DNA of 64,000 nucleotides, taken from assembly GCA_902518705.1 (NCBI GenBank), contig CABYHW010000001.1, positions 16,798 through 80,797 of the forward strand, read 5' to 3'. The position numbers were made by a program, and so were the translations under genes. The notes beneath the pieces were generated by a model that saw only the letters and a list, made by a program, of their open reading frames with translations, was not told the DNA's origin and made no database searches. Source of the DNA: an uncultured Alphaproteobacteria bacterium. Its GTDB lineage: Bacteria > Pseudomonadota > Alphaproteobacteria > HIMB59 > GCA-002718135. Positions 60,195 through 64,000 of the stretch are shown piece by piece (position 1 is the first letter of the stretch; the number at the start of each line of letters is the position of its first letter).

Positions 60195-61219
60195 ACTGGT
60201 AAAGAAATAGTAAATGTTGAACCCTTATCTACCTTGCTTTTTATCGATAATTTACCATTATGCCTATTAGTTATATGTTTAACAATAGATAAACCCAAAC
60301 CCGTACCGCCTTGATTTCGAGATCTATTTTTATCTACTCTATAAAATCTTTCAGTAAGTCTAGTTAAATGCTCTTTCGATATGCCTTCTCCCTTATCTAT
60401 AAAACTTATTTGGCAAAAGGTGGTATTGTCATCAATTACACTCTCAAGCTCAATTTCAATAGTAGAATTTTCTTTGCTATATTTGATTGCATTATCAGTT
60501 AGATTTAAAAAAACTTGAATCAAAGCATCTTTGTTTGCTGATATTGTAGACTTATCAAAATCATCCTTGATTTGAACTTCAATTTTTTTTGCCATTAACT
60601 TGTTTTGTAAATTATCTACTACGCCATCAATTAATTGCCTTATATTCGCTTCTTGAAATTCTATCGGCTTATCTTCAGTCTCATATTTACTTAGTAATAA
60701 TAAATCTTCGACTAATCTAGTCATACGCCAAGCCTGATCTTCCATTGTGTCTAAAAATTTACCAACCGTTTTGTCTTTGTTCTTATCTTCATTGAGTGAA
60801 TTTTTAATTGTTTCAACATAGCCTAGAATTGAGGAAAGAGGAGTTCTCAATTCATGGCTTACATTAGCCACAAAATCTGTTCGCATTTGTTCGTAGTTTT
60901 TAAGAAGACTTTGATCGTTTAGTGATATTAATAATTCTTCATAATCTTTTTCAACAAATATTAAGTCAGCAATAAAATACATATCACTAAAATTAGATGG
61001 GGTGAATTCAAACCTAAAATCTTCTTTCTCCCTAAAGGCTTTATCAATAAAAGTATTTAACTCTGTTGATCTAATAATATTATTGAGATCTCTTCCTTCA
61101 TCGATAAATAAAAATTTTTGTTTAGCTGCATTATTGTAAAAAATTATTTCCTTATTTGTATCAATTGCAATAATAATCGAAGGTATCTTACTTAGACTTA
61201 GTCTTAGTTTTTTTTTCAT
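60167..61219 (-). CDS. phoR: phosphate regulon sensor kinase, no TM segment
   Basis: PAS-like region, DFVANVSHELRTPL, ERFYRVD..RSR..GGTGLGL. Confidence 0.9.
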   Translation of the reverse strand: MKKKLRLSLSKIPSIIIAIDTNKEIIFYNNAAKQKFLFIDEGRDLNNIIRSTELNTFIDKAFREKEDFRFEFTPSNFSDMYFIADLIFVEKDYEELLISLNDQSLLKNYEQMRTDFVANVSHELRTPLSSILGYVETIKNSLNEDKNKDKTVGKFLDTMEDQAWRMTRLVEDLLLLSKYETEDKPIEFQEANIRQLIDGVVDNLQNKLMAKKIEVQIKDDFDKSTISANKDALIQVFLNLTDNAIKYSKENSTIEIELESVIDDNTTFCQISFIDKGEGISKEHLTRLTERFYRVDKNRSRNQGGTGLGLSIVKHITNRHNGKLSIKSKVDKGSTFTISLPVFQQTVINP

Positions 61220-61688
61220 ATTTTTTTAATTTTGGCCAATCATTGTCACTTAAAATATAACCTACACAATTTCTAGAACCACACTTACAAATGTGATCCA
61301 CAAAATCTGTATCAAAAGGATAACCATAGTTATAGAAAAGTTCGTCTCCTTTTTTTATTCGTTTAATGGAAGAAATCCAAATCTCATTATCTATGATGTC
61401 TACTTCACAATTCGGATTGCATGAATGATTAATAAATTTTGCAAAGTTATAATCAACATCACCGTCTATGTCGTATCGCTTGTTTAGTTCAAAAACATAG
61501 ACCATGCCGTTATTTTTATCTTTTTTTGCTTTGCGGATTTGTTTATCTGCTCTTTTGTCACCCTCTCTTTTAGTAACTTTATCACCAATATATTGGATTA
61601 CTTTCTGGCCTTTTTTAATATTAGTTTTTGCAAATAATCCAGAACCGTGAAGGGGTGATTTTTTTTTAAACCAAATTTTCTGCGTCAT
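61188..61688 (-). CDS. SET-domain protein-lysine methyltransferase with post-SET
   Basis: SPLHGSGLFA, FINHSCNPN, ELFYNY, CKCGSRNC; start placed at MTQK (61688). Confidence 0.9.
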   Translation of the reverse strand: MTQKIWFKKKSPLHGSGLFAKTNIKKGQKVIQYIGDKVTKREGDKRADKQIRKAKKDKNNGMVYVFELNKRYDIDGDVDYNFAKFINHSCNPNCEVDIIDNEIWISSIKRIKKGDELFYNYGYPFDTDFVDHICKCGSRNCVGYILSDNDWPKLKKYEKKTKTKSK

Positions 61689-61774
61689 ACTGTTATTTTT
61701 ATACAATACACACATATAATAATAAATTGTATTATAAAATGATACTTTTATGTATAAGAACAAATCTTTAATTA

Positions 61775-62587
61775 ATGAAATTTGAAAGTAATAAAAAATT
61801 TTACCGCACAATTTGCATTTCGGATACCCACCTAGGAACCAGTGGTTGTAAAAGCAAAATGCTTTTAGAATTCTTAGAAGAAACAGATTCGGAATATTTA
61901 TTTTTAGTAGGCGACATTGTTGATGGATGGCGCATGCGTAAGAAAATGTATTGGCCACAAGAACATAACGACGTGGTTCAAAAAGTTTTAAAGAAAGCGA
62001 AAAATGGAACTAAGGTAGTGCTTATCCCAGGAAATCATGATGAAGTATTAAAAGATTTTACAAATTTTTCCTTTGGAGAAATTTCAATAAAAAATGAAGA
62101 TACGCATCAATTAGCTGATGGAAGGAAAGTGCTGATTACACACGGAGATGAATTTGATGCTGTGATCATTAATGCGAGGTGGTTAGCCAAAGTGGGATCA
62201 GCACTTTATGAATATTTACTAAAGTTAAATAATGTATTCAATTTTATTCGACGAAAGATGGGCTTGTCTTATTGGTCACTGTCTCAATATTTAAAAAAGA
62301 AAACTAAGCATGCAACAAACTTTATTAGTAATTTTGAGTTTGCTGTATCTGACAGAGCTAGAAGAGAAAATGCCGATGTTGTTGTGTGCGGGCATATACA
62401 TAGACCAGAAATAAAGGAATTAAATGGTGTTCTCTATTGTAATGATGGTGACTGGATTGAAAGTTGCACAGCACTCGTTGAAGATGAAATTGGCAATTTA
62501 TCAATTCTTAATTGGCCCGAAGAAAGAGAAAAATTAAAATTAATTTCTTTAGAAGAAAGACGAAAAATAAAAGAGGATGCAGCCTAA
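61775..62587 (+). CDS. plcP: PlcP-type metallophosphoesterase (phospholipase C; UDP-2,3-diacylglucosamine hydrolase family)
   Basis: SDTHLG, GDIVDGW, GNHDE, HGDEFD, GHIH, NDGDWIESCTA; adjacent GT4 gene and pho genes. Confidence 0.85.
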   Translation: MKFESNKKFYRTICISDTHLGTSGCKSKMLLEFLEETDSEYLFLVGDIVDGWRMRKKMYWPQEHNDVVQKVLKKAKNGTKVVLIPGNHDEVLKDFTNFSFGEISIKNEDTHQLADGRKVLITHGDEFDAVIINARWLAKVGSALYEYLLKLNNVFNFIRRKMGLSYWSLSQYLKKKTKHATNFISNFEFAVSDRARRENADVVVCGHIHRPEIKELNGVLYCNDGDWIESCTALVEDEIGNLSILNWPEEREKLKLISLEERRKIKEDAA

Positions 62588-63578
62588 AAAAATCGCATTA
62601 ATTAGTGATGCGTGGGTTCCTCAGGTAAATGGCGTAGTTACGACATTTCAAAGCGTTATACCTATTCTAGAAAAAAAAGGTTTTGAAATTAAAATATTAC
62701 ATCCTGAGATGTTTAATAATTTTAGTTATCCTAGGTACAAAGAAATAAAGATTTCTTACAACACTAAGAAAGTTACTGAAAAATTTTTTAAAGAATTTAA
62801 TCCAGATATTGTTCATATAATGACTGAAGGTCCAGTAGGTTTTGCTGGTCGTAAGTACTGTCTTAATAATAAACTACAATATACTTCTTCCTTTCACACT
62901 CGTTTTCCTGATTATATTAAACAAAGAGCTTTTATTCCAAAGAGATTTACTTATTCCATATTAAGAAAACTACATAGTGATTCTGAAAGAGTTCTTGTTC
63001 CATCAGTTTCAATGCTAAATGAGTTAAAAAAATATAATTTTAAAAATTTAGTAGTTTGGAACAGAGGTGTTGATACAGAATTATTTAATCCAAATAAAAG
63101 AGATATAAACAGCAAGGATACTCAGCTGACTTATGTTGGAAGAGTAGCAATTGAAAAAAATATTGAAGAATTTTTAAAACTTAAAGGAAATTATAATAAA
63201 ATAGTTGTGGGGGATGGTCCTGAATTAGAAAAATATACTAATAAGTATCCTGAAGTAAATTTTGTTGGTTTAAAAACCGGAGAAGAATTAGCAAAGTATT
63301 ATGCAAACGCAGATGTGTTTGTATTTCCTTCTAAGACAGACACTTTAGGAAATGTAATACTTGAAGCATTGGCTAGTGGAACACCAGTTGCTGCATATCC
63401 AGTAACTGGGCCTATAGATGTATTAACAGATGAGAAGATTAACACTTTAGATAATGACTTATTACAATCAATTAAAAAAGCGCTTAAAGTAAAAAGGGTT
63501 GATTGTAGAAATTTTACACTTAATTTAACATGGGATAAATGTGTGAAAGAATTTTTAGAATACATGGTAAACGTCTAG
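62577..63578 (+). CDS. GT4 glycosyltransferase (Agt-like glycolipid synthase)
   Basis: DAWVPQVNGVV, YVGRVAIEKN, FPSKTDTLG.V.LEA.ASGTPV. Confidence 0.85.
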   Translation: MQPKKIALISDAWVPQVNGVVTTFQSVIPILEKKGFEIKILHPEMFNNFSYPRYKEIKISYNTKKVTEKFFKEFNPDIVHIMTEGPVGFAGRKYCLNNKLQYTSSFHTRFPDYIKQRAFIPKRFTYSILRKLHSDSERVLVPSVSMLNELKKYNFKNLVVWNRGVDTELFNPNKRDINSKDTQLTYVGRVAIEKNIEEFLKLKGNYNKIVVGDGPELEKYTNKYPEVNFVGLKTGEELAKYYANADVFVFPSKTDTLGNVILEALASGTPVAAYPVTGPIDVLTDEKINTLDNDLLQSIKKALKVKRVDCRNFTLNLTWDKCVKEFLEYMVNV

Positions 63579-63598
63579 TTATTTAGGGTAATTTTGTA

Positions 63599-64000
63599 AT
63601 GACATATTCTTTAAGACAAAAAATACTAGCAGAATTTATTGGGACATATTTTCTTGTACTAACAGTTGTAGGTAGTGGAATTATGGGAGAGTTAATGTCA
63701 AATGACCTTGGTATAATATTACTAGGAAACACAATTGCAACAGGTGCCATTTTATTTGTAATTATTTCTATGTTTATTAATATCTCAGGGGCATACTTTA
63801 ATCCTGCTGTTGTATTAAGTGATATTATTCAAAAAAATATTCCTATTAATTATGGAATAATTTTTATTTTTACTCAGATTATTGCTGGTATATTTGGTTG
63901 TTTAACTGCAAATTGGTATTTTGAATATCCCATAATTGAATGGTCACTCAATGAAAGAGTTGGTGTATTTAAATTCTTTTCAGAAATAATTGCAACTGTT
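63599..64000 (+). CDS. MIP/aquaporin, AqpS-like (truncated by window edge)
   Basis: MTYSLRQKILAEFIGT..VVGSGIMG..LLGNTIATGAIL..ISGAYFNPAV. Confidence 0.85.
   Translation, partial: MTYSLRQKILAEFIGTYFLVLTVVGSGIMGELMSNDLGIILLGNTIATGAILFVIISMFINISGAYFNPAVVLSDIIQKNIPINYGIIFIFTQIIAGIFGCLTANWYFEYPIIEWSLNERVGVFKFFSEIIATV

Noticed and set aside
61185-61207. Short CTAAG-type repeats in the SET/phoR overlap
   Set aside because: Only about four degenerate 5-6 bp units within dual-coding sequence; not a CRISPR array or a credible VNTR.
61689-61774. Pho box in the SET/plcP divergent region
   Set aside because: Only a weak match (TATACAT-AAAA-GTATCAT on the minus strand) in very AT-rich DNA; expected biologically but not supportable.
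61689-61958. 90-aa N-terminal extension of the SET ORF in the ORF track
   Set aside because: It overlaps plcP on the opposite strand and reads through the AT-rich intergenic region; SET similarity begins at MTQK (61688).

Overview
AT-rich, extremely gene-dense chromosomal segment of a streamlined alphaproteobacterium (SAR11/HIMB59-like by gene content and order; the taxon is inferred). It is mostly core housekeeping: trpFBA-accD-folC, trxA, murU-amgK-tsaE-metK-ahcY-chvG-chvI, polA, regAB, gyrB-recF-dnaN-dnaA-rpsT-mutM, ubiE-coaBC, fabABI, pnp-rpsO-truB-rbfA-infB-nusA, trmB-lnt-corC-ybeY-phoH-miaB-rimI-tsaB and nfuA-trpS-murJ. Two regions stand out. (1) An unusual class I ribonucleotide reductase operon (11.7-15.8 kb): NrdA has a Pseudomonas-type ATP-cone fused to a eukaryote/Bacteroidetes-type R1; NrdB has Glu at the first metal-ligand position yet keeps the radical Tyr; and the glutaredoxin ends in TFDEEF, copying the NrdB R1-docking tail SFDEAF. 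The operon promoter carries candidate LexA and NrdR boxes, and a 42-aa ArfA-like ORF missing from the ORF track lies next to it. (2) A phosphate-starvation cluster (54.2-64 kb): SET-domain gene, phoR-pstSCAB-phoU-phoB with Pho boxes, and a divergent plcP, glycosyltransferase and AqpS-like aquaporin. Two genes (corC, a polysaccharide deacetylase) carry single-base homopolymer frameshifts. No rRNA, tRNA, CRISPR array or transposase was recognised. All family assignments are from motif recognition by eye; no database searches were run.
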